In this document: positions 10,560-20,904 of the stretch, piece by piece
Layout: each line of letters starts with the position of its first letter
Numbering within the stretch: position 1 is the stretch's first letter
Notes under the pieces: generated by a model
What the model was told of the DNA's origin: nothing
The model's input: only the letters and a program-made list of their open reading frames with translations
The model's database searches: none
Assembly: GCA_020724525.1 (NCBI GenBank)
Contig: DYGU01000006.1
Location: forward strand, 13,210-77,209
DNA length: 64,000 bases
Direction: 5' to 3'
From: Dehalococcoides mccartyi
GTDB lineage: Bacteria; Chloroflexota; Dehalococcoidia; GIF9; DYGU01
Program-made: the position numbers and the translations under genes

Positions 10560-11980
10560 TATAAACCTAAAAATTTCTTACCGCTTTGCAGTATTTTGGC
10601 GACTTTTTCTTTAGTGCTACTTTCGGCATAAAGCCGGACTAAGGGCTCGGTGCCAGAAAAGCGAATAAGGAGCCAGGAGCCATCAGCTAACACGAAGCGG
10701 AAACCGTCAGTGGTGTCCACCTGGGTTACTTTAACACCAGCAATGTATTCGGGGGAGGTCTGGGCTCGGTCAATAATTGTTGGACGCTTATGAGAAGGCA
10801 GAGGGAAATCAAGACGGTCATAGTAATGAGGTCCGGTTTTTGCGTAAAGGTAGTCTATTAGCTGGGATGGACCTTTACCCGTTTTAACCATAAAGTCAAG
10901 AAAGTAAAGGGCAGCAAGAATGCCATCCCGCTCCGGGACATGTCCCCTAAAGGCATAGCCACCACTTTCTTCTCCACCGATGAGGGCGTTTTTCTCCAGC
11001 ATTAATGGAGCTACATAAGGAAAACCTACAGGTGTCTCATAGACGTTAACCTGGAAAAGCTCTCCTAACCGATAAAGCATGTCAGTAGAACTTACGGTTT
11101 TAATTATGGGTCCCCTCTCCCCCCGCACTTCTAAGAAATAAAGGCTGAGTAACGCAAAGACCTGGTGGGGGTTAAGGAATTCCCCCTTTTCATCAATAAT
11201 GCCAATGCGGTCGGCATCGCCATCATTAGCCAGCCCCACATTGGCTTTTTGCTCCTTGACTAAGTTAGACAGCTTAATCAGGTTTTTGGCAATAGGCTCA
11301 GGCTGGATTCCGGGAAAGAGAGGGTTACGCTCGCTATTTATTTCTGTAATTTGCATTTTGCCACCCTGAAGGAGGGCCTGAAGATAACCAGCCCCAGTCC
11401 CATACATAACATCAATAATTACCTTCAATTGGCTTCGGCGCAGAGGCGTAAGGTCAATCAGTGACTTCAAGTGCTTCATATAAGACGGAGCTGGATCCCA
11501 GTAGTCCACAAGTCCCTTTTTAACAGCAGAGGCAAGAGGCAGTTGCTCTCGTTTGCCGGTAGATATAATGCGGGCAATTTGTTTTTCTACCTGGTTGATG
11601 ATGGGATGGGGAGCACTGGTTCCGTCTAAGGACTTGAATTTAAAACCGTTCCATAAAGCTGGGTTGTGGCTGGCGGTAATGATAATAGCGCCGTCAGCTT
11701 TAGCTGCGACCACGGCATAGCTTATTACAGGTGTTGGTGTTGGCTTAGGACAAAGGTGGACTTTAATTCCATTTCCAGCGACGACCTCTGCGGCTGCCGC
11801 GGCAAATTCCTCTGAAGCAAAACGAGTATCATAGCCAATGATAAGTCCCCCTTCGGGAGTGCCAGTTTCTTTCAGATAATTAGCCACACCCTGGGCGCAG
11901 ATACGCACATTATCAAAGGTGAAGTCTTCACCAATAATTCCCCGCCAGCCATCGGTGCCAAATTTGATTTTGGTGCTCAT
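10559..11980 (-). CDS. Phosphoglucomutase/phosphomannomutase
   Basis: FGTDGWRG, ITASHNP, DGDADR, GGEESGG, RFSGTEP. Confidence 0.95.
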   Translation of the reverse strand: MSTKIKFGTDGWRGIIGEDFTFDNVRICAQGVANYLKETGTPEGGLIIGYDTRFASEEFAAAAAEVVAGNGIKVHLCPKPTPTPVISYAVVAAKADGAIIITASHNPALWNGFKFKSLDGTSAPHPIINQVEKQIARIISTGKREQLPLASAVKKGLVDYWDPAPSYMKHLKSLIDLTPLRRSQLKVIIDVMYGTGAGYLQALLQGGKMQITEINSERNPLFPGIQPEPIAKNLIKLSNLVKEQKANVGLANDGDADRIGIIDEKGEFLNPHQVFALLSLYFLEVRGERGPIIKTVSSTDMLYRLGELFQVNVYETPVGFPYVAPLMLEKNALIGGEESGGYAFRGHVPERDGILAALYFLDFMVKTGKGPSQLIDYLYAKTGPHYYDRLDFPLPSHKRPTIIDRAQTSPEYIAGVKVTQVDTTDGFRFVLADGSWLLIRFSGTEPLVRLYAESSTKEKVAKILQSGKKFLGL

Positions 11981-11997
11981 GTTTTTGGCGTCAAGCT

Positions 11998-13212
11998 CTA
12001 GGACAATCCTGCCTCTTTTCTCAAGATTTCAGCTTTATCAGTCTTTTCCCAGGGGAGGTCGAGGTCATCTCGTCCAAAGTGTCCGTAGACAGCGGTAGGG
12101 CGGTAGATGGGGCGGCGGAGGTTAAGCATCCTGATTATAGCTTCGGGGCGGAGGTCAAAGTGCTTTTTAATCAAGTCTAAGATAATCTCGTCAGACACTT
12201 TCCCGGTGCCAAAGGTCTCAATAGATAAGGAAAGAGGATGAGCCACGCCGATAGAATAAGCCACCTGCACCTCCAAGCGGTCGGCTAAACCAGCAGCGAC
12301 CAGGTTCTTGGCAATATACCGGGTCATATAACCAGCGGAGCGGTCAACTTTGGTGGGGTCTTTTCCGGAAAAGCAGCCGCCACCATGACGACAGGCTCCT
12401 CCATAGGTATCGACAAGGATTTTGCGACCAGTAAAACCAGTGTCAGAGACAGGTCCACCAATCACGAAACGCCCAGCAGAATTGATATAATATTTAGTTT
12501 TACTATCCAGCAAATCAGAGGAAATAACGGCTTTGATTACATTTTGTATCAAGTCACGCTTAATAGTATCGTGGTCAACTTCATCATCATGCTGAGCACC
12601 TAAGACAACACAGTCTACCCGTTTTGGTCTACCGTGATTATATTCTACAGTTACCTGGGATTTGCCATCGGGTCGCAAATAGGGGAGGACTTTCTCTTTT
12701 CTGACCCGAGCCAGCTGTCGGCACAGTTTGTGGGCTAAAGAAATAGGTAATGGCATAAGTTCTGGCGTCTCGGTGCAGGCAAAGCCAATCATCATTCCCT
12801 GGTCGCCAGCACCGGTCTTATCCAAAATCTCGTCGGTAACCTCACCTCCCCTTATCTCCAGGGACTTATCCACTCCGGCGGCAATATCCGGAGATTGTCC
12901 TTTAATGGAAACAACTACCCCACAGGTACGGTATTCAAAACCATACTCAGGACGAGTGTAGCCGGCTTCTTTAATCACCTGACGGACAATATCCGGAATT
13001 TCCACATAGCAATCGGTGGTAATTTCGCCCAGAACCATGATTAGTCCCATAGCCACAGCCGTTTCACAGGCAACTCGAGCCATAGGGTCTTTGGCTAAAA
13101 TGGCATCAAGAATAGCATCTGAAATCTGGTCGCAGAGTTTATCTGGATGCCCTTCGGTAACGGATTCTGAAGTGAAAAAGTAGGAATCAGCTTGGGCAAA
13201 AGTATTCAGCAT
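11998..13212 (-). CDS. metK: S-adenosylmethionine synthetase
   Basis: [35 protein letters not shown]. Confidence 0.98.
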   Translation of the reverse strand: MLNTFAQADSYFFTSESVTEGHPDKLCDQISDAILDAILAKDPMARVACETAVAMGLIMVLGEITTDCYVEIPDIVRQVIKEAGYTRPEYGFEYRTCGVVVSIKGQSPDIAAGVDKSLEIRGGEVTDEILDKTGAGDQGMMIGFACTETPELMPLPISLAHKLCRQLARVRKEKVLPYLRPDGKSQVTVEYNHGRPKRVDCVVLGAQHDDEVDHDTIKRDLIQNVIKAVISSDLLDSKTKYYINSAGRFVIGGPVSDTGFTGRKILVDTYGGACRHGGGCFSGKDPTKVDRSAGYMTRYIAKNLVAAGLADRLEVQVAYSIGVAHPLSLSIETFGTGKVSDEIILDLIKKHFDLRPEAIIRMLNLRRPIYRPTAVYGHFGRDDLDLPWEKTDKAEILRKEAGLS

Positions 13213-13266
13213 TTTTTCCTTTAATACGAACTGGAAGCCCGCCTCTAATCTTTCGGGCTAATTTTT

Positions 13267-13539
13267 TTATTTCAACTTCTCCTCAATTTTAGTTAATCTT
13301 TCACCCATCCATTTTTGCCCTTCTCTCAGTTCCTTTAATTCGTCGCCCATCCTTCTCTGTTCATCACCCATCCTTCTTTGTTCCTCTTTCAGTTCTTTTA
13401 ATTCATCGTTTATCCGTCCTTGCCCCTCTATCAATCTCCCTAAAAGAAGAGAACCTCGAATCACAAAACCGAGAAGCACCCCGAGCAAAATAGCAATAAG
13501 ATTGAGTATACCCACTATAACCCACAAAACCAGTTCCAT
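13267..13539 (-). CDS. Small membrane-anchored coiled-coil protein (paralog 1)
   Basis: N-terminal hydrophobic helix, then heptad repeats EQRRMGD encoded by 21-bp DNA repeats; GGAGG upstream. Confidence 0.75.
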   Translation of the reverse strand: MELVLWVIVGILNLIAILLGVLLGFVIRGSLLLGRLIEGQGRINDELKELKEEQRRMGDEQRRMGDELKELREGQKWMGERLTKIEEKLK

Positions 13540-13731
13540 TCTTTATAATCACCTCCAAATCTGTTCGTGGGGGGAACCTAAAAGTATTTCCCTCCTTCAG
13601 GAATAATCACGCTTTTCAAATGTTAGCGTGAAATCTTCAGTCAAAAACATGTCTTTTCCTGACTTTCCTATCTTTGATTTTCCCTCCTCAGTGATTATTT
13701 TATCGCAACTATCAAAAATAATTCTTTTAAA

Positions 13732-14988
13732 CTAAGTCCCTGCCTCCCAGCTCTGGAGGTATTTTTTCTGCTCATCAGTTAAAGAATCAATAGTTATATT
13801 CATGCTCATAAGCTTAAGCCTGCCTACTTCTGTGTCAATTTCCTCCGGCACCGGGTAGACTTTTGGCTCAAGCCTTTGTTGCCTTTTAGCCAGATATTCT
13901 ATACATAGAGCCTGGTTGGCAAAGCTCATATCCATAACACTCGCCGGGTGCCCTTCGGCAACAGCTAAATTGACAACCCTGCCTTCAGCTAAGAGATAAA
14001 GGCGTCGTTCATCTTCCAAAGTGTATTCGTCAACAAAGGGTCGTATTTGCCTTTTACTCTGTGCCAATTGCTCTAAACCCGGGATGTTTATTTCCACATT
14101 AAAGTGACCGGCATTTGCCAGAATAGCCCCGTCTTTCATTTCTCTAAGATGCTGTCCATCAATAACATTGGTATTGCCAGTAGCGGTGATGAAGACATCA
14201 CCCATTTTAGCTGCTTCTAACAGGGGCATAACCTGATAGCCATCCATTATAGCTTCCAGAGCGGCTATCGAGTTAACCTCAGCTATGATTACTCGCGCTC
14301 CTAAGCCTTGAGCCCGACGAGCCACACCCTTGCCGCACCAGCCATAGCCACAGACTACCACTTTCTTCCCTGCCCAGAGGATATTGGTTGCCCGAGTAAT
14401 GCCGTCTATAGTACTCTGACCGGTACCATAACGGTTATCGAAGAACCTCTTGGTGCGTGCCTCGTTTACGGCAATAATAGGATACTTTAATTTTCCATCT
14501 CTTTCCATATTCTTAAGCCGGATAACACCGGTTGTTGTTTCTTCTGTACCACCAATAACATTAGTTACAAGTTTGGGATGCTCCTTATGGAGGGTAGTCA
14601 CCAGGTCAGCACCATCATCCATAGTCAATCGGGGGTGATGCTTGAGAGTGGCTAAAATATGCTGATAATAGGTCTTACTGTCCTCACCTTTAGTGGCATA
14701 AGTAGGTATGCCATATTCCACTAAAGCTGAGGCAACATCATCCTTGGTACTCAAGGGATTTGCTGCGCACAGAACTACTTGAGCCCCCCCTTCTTTCAAG
14801 GTTAAGACCAGATTGGCGGTTTCAGTGGTAACGTGGAGACAAGCTGAAACAGGAATTCCTTTTAATGGTTTTTCTTGGGCAAAACGCTCCCTGATTCTAT
14901 TCAGGACAGGCATTTCCTGACTTGCCCAATCTATGCGAAGTTTGCCCTGGGGTGATAAGGACGGGTCTTTGATATCATAATTTGCCAT
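13732..14988 (-). CDS. ahcY: Adenosylhomocysteinase
   Basis: [36 protein letters not shown]. Confidence 0.98.
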   Translation of the reverse strand: MANYDIKDPSLSPQGKLRIDWASQEMPVLNRIRERFAQEKPLKGIPVSACLHVTTETANLVLTLKEGGAQVVLCAANPLSTKDDVASALVEYGIPTYATKGEDSKTYYQHILATLKHHPRLTMDDGADLVTTLHKEHPKLVTNVIGGTEETTTGVIRLKNMERDGKLKYPIIAVNEARTKRFFDNRYGTGQSTIDGITRATNILWAGKKVVVCGYGWCGKGVARRAQGLGARVIIAEVNSIAALEAIMDGYQVMPLLEAAKMGDVFITATGNTNVIDGQHLREMKDGAILANAGHFNVEINIPGLEQLAQSKRQIRPFVDEYTLEDERRLYLLAEGRVVNLAVAEGHPASVMDMSFANQALCIEYLAKRQQRLEPKVYPVPEEIDTEVGRLKLMSMNITIDSLTDEQKKYLQSWEAGT

Positions 14989-16541
14989 TATTCCACCTTC
15001 TTTAAGATTAGCCCAATGATCTTAGACAATGACTGGGCAGTATCCACTATTATATGGCTTTCTGGGGGAAATTCTACCACCCGCTCAAAGTCTTGTTTCT
15101 GTGGCTCAAAAATCTCCCAGCGTCCATCAGAAATAGTTCCCTCCTTAAGTCTCTGTTCCAGACGCTTTTTAGCTATTTCTTCATCAAGAATACATTCAAT
15201 AACTAAAAAATCAGCGCCTATTTTATCAGCTATCTTCCTGGCTTGTAATCTGTCAGTCCTTTTCTTGAAGGAAGCATCCAGAATCACCGACTGCCCTTGA
15301 GACAGAAGTTTTTCAGCTTCAGCGAGCATCGCATCGTAAGTCCGGCGAGAAAAGTCTTCAGAATAGATGCCAGTCTTGAATTCATCAAAGCGATGTTCTG
15401 TTAAAGGAATACCGGCTAATTTTTTCCGTGTAACATCTGAGGAAATGATTACCAGTCCTAATCTCTGGCTTAAAGCTTGAGCCAGAGTGGTTTTACCTGT
15501 GCCCAAAAGTCCGGTAGTTATAAAAAGAAGCGGTCTTTGCCGTGTATAATGGTAAGCCAGGCCAAAATAGCCCTGGGCGACAGCTAATATTCTCTCCTTT
15601 TCCGTAGTTAGAATATAGGGGTCGTCCAGTTTAAAACTTTCTACCTTACCCCGGACATAGGCTCGATAACATTTATAGAAATTGAGGAGCTGAGTAAGCC
15701 CTTTATCCTGGCTCAATTGAATATAAGCGGTAATGAAGTGGTAGGATAGGTCAGCCCGAGCGTAATGGTCTAAGTCCATAGCCAAAAAAGCGATTTCAGA
15801 AGCTACGTCGCAGTACCGGAAGCGGTCGTTAAACTCAATGCAGTCATAAATAAAGATGCCGTTAGTAAAGCAGATATGAGCAGCATGAAGATCACCATGG
15901 CAGTCTCTTATTCGCTTTTGCTTGATCCGTTCCAGAAACAGAGAAGCATTTTTCTCCAGAAAGTTATCAGTATAGTGCTTAATATGGTGATATTTCTGAG
16001 GAGAAATAGAAATACCGATATACTTTTCCGTTTGGGTGAAGTTCTCATCGGTATTTTTCCTGACGGTGCTAACTTCGCCGAAAGCACTGACCTCCAGATT
16101 TGTTTTAGCTTTCTTATGGAAGATGGCTAATTTTTCGGCTACTTTGGTTACCATCTCTGGTGTTACCTGGCTAGCTTGAAGCAAGACATTCATCATCCTT
16201 TCTTGAGGTAACTGGCGCATCTTTATGGCATATTCTATGGCTTTTCCTTTACCCTCAAGGCAAATTTGCCCTTTTCCCTTAACAATGGGCACTACAGATA
16301 GATAAATTTCGGGACAAAGACGCCGATTTAACTTCACTTCTTGATGGCAGAAAAATCGGCGCTTTCCCAGGGTAGTGTAGTCCAGGTATCCAAGGTTGAC
16401 CGGTTTTTTCACCTTGTATACATAATCACCAGTCAGCAGAAGAAAGGACATTTGAGTTTGTATCAGGTCTACTTTTTTGGGGGTGTGGGGATAAGCCTGG
16501 GGATTGAGCAGGGCTTTGATTAAAGTGGGTAGCTCAGCCAT
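14988..16541 (-). CDS. Fused aminoglycoside-phosphotransferase-like kinase / P-loop (AAA_33) protein
   Basis: YKVKKPV, DCHGDLH, DCIEFN.RFR; C-terminal GLLGTGKT P-loop. Confidence 0.85.
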   Translation of the reverse strand: MAELPTLIKALLNPQAYPHTPKKVDLIQTQMSFLLLTGDYVYKVKKPVNLGYLDYTTLGKRRFFCHQEVKLNRRLCPEIYLSVVPIVKGKGQICLEGKGKAIEYAIKMRQLPQERMMNVLLQASQVTPEMVTKVAEKLAIFHKKAKTNLEVSAFGEVSTVRKNTDENFTQTEKYIGISISPQKYHHIKHYTDNFLEKNASLFLERIKQKRIRDCHGDLHAAHICFTNGIFIYDCIEFNDRFRYCDVASEIAFLAMDLDHYARADLSYHFITAYIQLSQDKGLTQLLNFYKCYRAYVRGKVESFKLDDPYILTTEKERILAVAQGYFGLAYHYTRQRPLLFITTGLLGTGKTTLAQALSQRLGLVIISSDVTRKKLAGIPLTEHRFDEFKTGIYSEDFSRRTYDAMLAEAEKLLSQGQSVILDASFKKRTDRLQARKIADKIGADFLVIECILDEEIAKKRLEQRLKEGTISDGRWEIFEPQKQDFERVVEFPPESHIIVDTAQSLSKIIGLILKKVE

Positions 16542-16556
16542 TGAAAGTTGTCTTTT

Positions 16557-17081
16557 TTAAATTGGCAGTCTGGGGCGACATTGACTGCAGAAAGTAGCTT
16601 GTTTCCAGTCAGTGTCAGCTAAGCAATTAGAAAAGCGCATAACACATTTTGAGTTGGAACAGTGGCGTAGACCAAAAGTGTGTCCCAGTTCATGCACCAT
16701 TTCCTTAAGGGCTCTTTCCAAAAATAAAGCCTTATCTGGTGGCAAGCCATAGAATTCCTGGCGCAAGCGACACAAGGAAATGATAGCCACCCCGGAATTA
16801 ATATCAGCTTCGCCAAAGACAAAATTAAGTCCCGGAGCATAGAGGTCAACATCGGCTATTCCGAGGAGCTTTTCTTCCTTTTCTTTACCCAGGGCATTAA
16901 GAGAAGACAAGAGAAATGAAGACTGATATTGCTTTCGCTTCGGGTCATAAGCTCGGTCAAGGTCACCAATTCCCGGCTTCATCTCCACCGGACAGCCAAA
17001 AACCGGCGCCAGTTTCTCCTTCAACTCCTCAAGGGGGTGATTATCAATAGTGCCCACAGGTCTAAGGGTTATTTTCATCAC
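16557..17081 (-). CDS. Archaemetzincin-family Zn metalloprotease
   Basis: HELGHTFGLRHC...CVM.FS, C-terminal CxxC. Confidence 0.92.
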   Translation of the reverse strand: MMKITLRPVGTIDNHPLEELKEKLAPVFGCPVEMKPGIGDLDRAYDPKRKQYQSSFLLSSLNALGKEKEEKLLGIADVDLYAPGLNFVFGEADINSGVAIISLCRLRQEFYGLPPDKALFLERALKEMVHELGHTFGLRHCSNSKCVMRFSNCLADTDWKQATFCSQCRPRLPI

Positions 17082-18057
17082 TTAGCCAACGTCGCCTCGC
17101 TTCTAATAGACGCAAGCTCGCTATCTCTTTGTTAGATTTTCTCGAATAGTTAGCTTTCTTGGCTACTACAGACCTTTGTTTGGCTATTTTCTCCTTTAGC
17201 CAGGTTCTCAATTTACGAGCGTCTTCTCTAACGATAAACTCGATTTTATCCCCAGCCAAGGTAATTTGGTCATAATTTAGTTTTCTTTTTATGATGTCCA
17301 TTAATTCAACATCTATCTCATAGCCATAGCTGTTTCTGCCCAATATTCGTGCCATTTTGGTAGTAGTCCCCGAACCTAAAAAGGGATCAATCACTGTCTC
17401 TCCTACAAAGGAAAAAAGCTTTATTAGGCGATAGGGTATTTCCTCAGGGAAGGCTGCTATCCCTTCTTCAATCCTGCCTGGAATAGGTAACACGTTGGTA
17501 ATATCCCAAACAGTTAAATACCATTTATTCCCCTGATATTCGCCGACATCAAGACGAGAAGATTGCTTTACGTTCATATTAAGTTGCTTCAAGTAGTTGT
17601 AGTCGAATTTGCCCTTTTGGAAGATTAAGATGCTCTCCTGGATATTATCTGGGTAAAAATACATAGGGTAGGGGTGTTGAAGAACCACGCCACTTCTACG
17701 GCTTATTCGAGTATATCCTTCGGGCTTTCGCCAGACTATCTTGTCCCGGTATCGAAACCCGGCATCGATCATTATCCTCGTTATATCAGCCACCACAGGA
17801 TACTTTTCACCATTCACCAGCATATCATCAGTAACATAAGCTGCTACCCTACCAGGAGCCAACACCCTGTGAAGTTCTTTAGCCAAGGCTTTCAGTAAAT
17901 GAAGAAAATCTGCATAATCCATGAACAGGCCTGGATAATCAAAAGGGGCGTTATAGTAAGGTGGTGAAGTCACCATCAGATGCACAGTTTCATCCTCGAT
18001 TTCTTTCATACTCCGGCTGTCCCCGAAAATTAACTTATGCCATGAATTGACCATCAT
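17062..18057 (-). CDS. Site-specific amino DNA methyltransferase, beta class (probably N4-cytosine)
   Basis: Motif IV TSPPY precedes motif I DPFLGSGTT; probable start MMVNSW at 18057 after GGGGGT. Confidence 0.9.
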   Translation of the reverse strand: MMVNSWHKLIFGDSRSMKEIEDETVHLMVTSPPYYNAPFDYPGLFMDYADFLHLLKALAKELHRVLAPGRVAAYVTDDMLVNGEKYPVVADITRIMIDAGFRYRDKIVWRKPEGYTRISRRSGVVLQHPYPMYFYPDNIQESILIFQKGKFDYNYLKQLNMNVKQSSRLDVGEYQGNKWYLTVWDITNVLPIPGRIEEGIAAFPEEIPYRLIKLFSFVGETVIDPFLGSGTTTKMARILGRNSYGYEIDVELMDIIKRKLNYDQITLAGDKIEFIVREDARKLRTWLKEKIAKQRSVVAKKANYSRKSNKEIASLRLLEARRRWLSDENNP

Positions 18058-18077
18058 TTTACCCCCATTATATTTTG

Positions 18078-19027
18078 TTAGTAGGCTCTCCATGTCAAAT
18101 TCCGCTTGCAATTTTTGCTTAATATACAATAACCTGAGCAACCGATTGGACTAGCAATTTCACAGTGCTCAATCTTTTCACATGAGTCACAGCTAATACC
18201 CATAAGGTTGTCCGGGCAACAACTGAAGCCGATGCGAAACGCACCGTGGTCAACCATTATGCAATCTTTACTCAACTTGCTTACTACATCTTGAATTAGT
18301 GGTCTCATATCTACGGCACTAATAACATTCCATCCTTCACCTTTGCCTTGTTTCCGTTCGTGAATTATCTCGGGAACCATACCTGTCCTTGAAAAAATCT
18401 TTCCTACGTGCCCATCTATGGGCATTTTAAAACTCGACTTGCTCCATTTCCCTTCAGAGACATCTACACCAAGGGCTGGATGTCCACCCAGGAGATGAAT
18501 AGTCTTGCTGCCTTGTCTCGTAATACCGCTTCCAGAACTGGATTACTCTGCAATGAATTAAGCGCTTCATTGGGTGAGGCACGCTCGCCAAGCGTTGTTG
18601 AGAGTCTTTTGTTGTTTAGGAACATTTCATATATCAGAAATGCACCTACTCTCAAGACCATCCAGCCAAAGCGAGGTAAGACCCTTCCTATAGCCGGAGA
18701 TATTTTATAATCCTCTTTTAGAGGGACTAACCTGTCCATCCGACGAAGGACATTTTGTGGCTTCATGAAAAGGTCGTCACCGAAGGTTTTGTATATTTTA
18801 ACAGCAGTCAAACGAACTGAAGCAGATTTTGCTTGCTGGTCTAAAATAGCAAGTAAAAGCAAGAAACGCGTAGTCTTCTCTTTGTTGGTAGCAACCTCCT
18901 CGGGAAGTGCAGATAGAAGGGCTTTAAGTAAATCTGGTTGAAGAATTCTGCCAACTTGCTCCAATAAAGCAGTCATTAATTTAGTCTCAATCTCGGAAGC
19001 TTCAAGACCGACATGAGATTTAGCCAA
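18078..19027 (-). pseudogene. EndoIII-like HhH-GPD DNA glycosylase with Fe-S tail, split by a 1-nt frameshift near 18485
   Basis: ORFs 18464-19027 and 18078-18425 join if one G is restored (TGG GTG GGA CAT), giving KAARLFISWVGHPALG...MPIDGHVGKIFSRTG...CCP..CDSC..C...C..C. Confidence 0.75.
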
Positions 19028-19029
19028 GT

Positions 19030-19557
19030 TTATTCCTCACTTTTTTGCTCCAACCACCTCACCACCTCTTCCAGCACCTCCTCCCGGTTGGCTCTGGTCA
19101 CAATAAGCACCTTGACTTGGGGGTGGTGTTTGAGTTCATCAGCGAAGGGGTTGGGGGGAAGCATAATAGTGCCGAGGACTTTTTTGCCGCTGTTTATGGC
19201 TTCAAGAACAGCTTTTTTAAACTGGGGGCAGAAAAGCTCCATCTTGCCAATTTCGTCAATAATTATTAAGTCGTCTTCTTTAATGGCTCGGTGAAGGGCA
19301 GAAACACCAACTCGCTCCAGATTCTTAATATCGACCCCATATTTGCTGACGCGGTAAGGAGTAGGAATGTTAACGTGAGCCAGGATAGCTTCTTGTCCAT
19401 CTAAAGTGACAATCTTAAACCCTTGCCTTACCCTGCCTTGGCGAATTTCTTCAGTATAGAATCCACCAGCTTTGACTTTTAGTCTGCCAATAGTTTCTCG
19501 GATGAGGGTAGTTTTCCCTGTCCCTGGTTCACCCGTAAGCAGATAAACTTTCTTCAC
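19030..19557 (-). CDS. NTPase (THEP1/NTPCR family)
   Basis: TGEPGTGKTT, GGFYTEE.R, IIDEIGKME. Confidence 0.93.
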   Translation of the reverse strand: MKKVYLLTGEPGTGKTTLIRETIGRLKVKAGGFYTEEIRQGRVRQGFKIVTLDGQEAILAHVNIPTPYRVSKYGVDIKNLERVGVSALHRAIKEDDLIIIDEIGKMELFCPQFKKAVLEAINSGKKVLGTIMLPPNPFADELKHHPQVKVLIVTRANREEVLEEVVRWLEQKSEE

Positions 19558-19838
19558 TCACTGTCTGGTTTAGTCGAAACTTCCTTTTTTGGTCTGCCTC
19601 TCTTCTTTGGAGCTGGTGGTGCTTCAGCGGCGCTAACCCCGGCCAATGGCTTAGCGGCTGGAGCTTTGGGTTTTCTTCGGACAACTCTCTTCTTCGGAGG
19701 TGCTTCAGCAACAGCCTCTGCTACTGGTGCGGCAGTTACCGCAGCCAGGCTGGCTAAAGCCTGGGCTCGCCTTCTTTCCTTGAGCTTTCTCAAGCGCCGG
19801 CGGTGTTTTAAGGCTGCCATGCGTTTACGCTTGTTCAT
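19554..19838 (-). CDS. Small basic Lys/Arg/Ala/Pro-rich protein with an AT-hook-like motif
   Basis: MNKRKRMAALKHRRR...KKRGRPKK; its stop overlaps the NTPase start. Confidence 0.6.
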   Translation of the reverse strand: MNKRKRMAALKHRRRLRKLKERRRAQALASLAAVTAAPVAEAVAEAPPKKRVVRRKPKAPAAKPLAGVSAAEAPPAPKKRGRPKKEVSTKPDSE

Positions 19839-20021
19839 AGCTATCTTTAATAATACTACAATTTTGTGGAGACTGGCAAAGGAGCCCCAGGTCTTCAGGC
19901 AATAAATTAAGGTAGTCAAGTGGTAATAAGAAAGATTGTTTATAAACTCCAACTTTTATATCTGAAGTTCATTTTACCTAAATACAAAATAAGGCATTGC
20001 TCAACACTCTCGTAGTAATAA

Positions 20022-20133
20022 GAGGTTGTTTACCAACGCTTGTCCACCACCCTGAACAAGGCAGAGAAACCCTCACCTACCCTCTCCCTTGAAGGGAGAG
20101 GGATAAGGTGAGGGTGACAAAATAAACACTCTC
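20022..20133 (+). mobile_element. Composite MITE-like element, copy B (complete)
   Basis: Ends GAGGTTGTTTA...TAAACACTCTC (9/11 inverted repeat) around a CCCTCTCCCTTGAAGGGAGAGGG palindrome. Confidence 0.75.
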
Positions 20134-20569
20134 AATAAACCGTTTTTAGCTGTCTTTTGAGTCCTTCCTGGCATTCGCGGCGAGATAGACTGGGAGTCCA
20201 GTTGCGACAGGCTGCCGGTCGGAAAGGATAAATGGTGCGTACGGCCTTTTCCTCCTGGTATTTCAGGAAAACACAGGCGTCACCCTGGCGACGTAAGAGA
20301 TAAGTCCCTGGCTTCAGGGGATATTCCTGGATATATTTCTGGTAGAATTCAAGTACAGGCATATTTAAGGCTCGGGCTATAGTGGCAATTTCACCTTCAT
20401 CAATGGGTGGTTGCCATTTAGTGCAGCAAGTGCCGCAGCAAAGGCAGGGAATAACTTGAGGCTCAATTCCCCCACGCTGCAAATCATATTCTATTTCTTT
20501 CCAGCTTATAGTGCGTAAAATTACTTTCATGGCTTTTGAGTGGTTAACTTTTTCTGTAAACCTCCACAA
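20132..20569 (-). CDS. YkgJ-family cysteine-cluster protein (one conserved Cys replaced)
   Basis: CLCCGTCC, CVFL, RTIYPFRPAACR (normally CxIY..RP..CR); start uncertain. Confidence 0.75.
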   Translation of the reverse strand: MWRFTEKVNHSKAMKVILRTISWKEIEYDLQRGGIEPQVIPCLCCGTCCTKWQPPIDEGEIATIARALNMPVLEFYQKYIQEYPLKPGTYLLRRQGDACVFLKYQEEKAVRTIYPFRPAACRNWTPSLSRRECQEGLKRQLKTVY

Positions 20570-20741
20570 ATCTCTTTAGGGAGCGGTCATAAGTCCTTTC
20601 TATTTCCGGAGGGAATAAGCAGCCGGGTAGTTGATTATATTTCCAGTGGTAAGAGAGACAGTCGCAGCACTTTCCCTTTCGTTCACAGGGCTCGTAAGTG
20701 CAGGTGCATTTAGCCTTGTTTATTTCCAACTGGCATTCCAT
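20544..20741 (-). CDS. Small Cys-rich protein (DUF6485-like)
   Basis: CTCTYEPCERKGKCCDCLSYH..LPGCLFP...ERTYDRS; ATG at 20741 after GGAGG. Confidence 0.8.
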   Translation of the reverse strand: MECQLEINKAKCTCTYEPCERKGKCCDCLSYHWKYNQLPGCLFPPEIERTYDRSLKRFVEVYRKS

Positions 20742-20759
20742 ACTTAACCTCCTGTATGA

Positions 20760-20904
20760 GCGATTGATTACCAATGCTTATCCACCATCCTGGGGGGTCA
20801 CCCTCCCTCTGACTCCCTCCCTTGACGGGAGGGAGTATCATTCCCCCCTACCCTCTCCCTTGAAGGGAGAGGAATAAGGTGAGGATGACAAAATAAAGAC
20901 TCTC
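20760..20904 (+). mobile_element. Composite MITE-like element, copy C
   Basis: Same arms as copy B, with two palindromes inside (CTCCCTCCCTTGACGGGAGGGAG and CCTCTCCCTTGAAGGGAGAGG). Confidence 0.75.

Noticed and set aside
13540..13731. SAM riboswitch upstream of metK
   Set aside because: No SAM-I core motifs are recognisable; only short ATAATCAC and TTTCCCTCCT repeats of unclear meaning.
17085..17130. EIASLR in the MTase tail as another translated GTCATTGCGAG-type repeat
   Set aside because: The underlying DNA (GAGATAGCGAGCTTGCG) does not match the repeat sequence at 38125-38266.
20022..20904. Repeats as a CRISPR array
   Set aside because: They are dispersed palindromic elements without regular repeat-spacer periodicity, and no cas genes are present.
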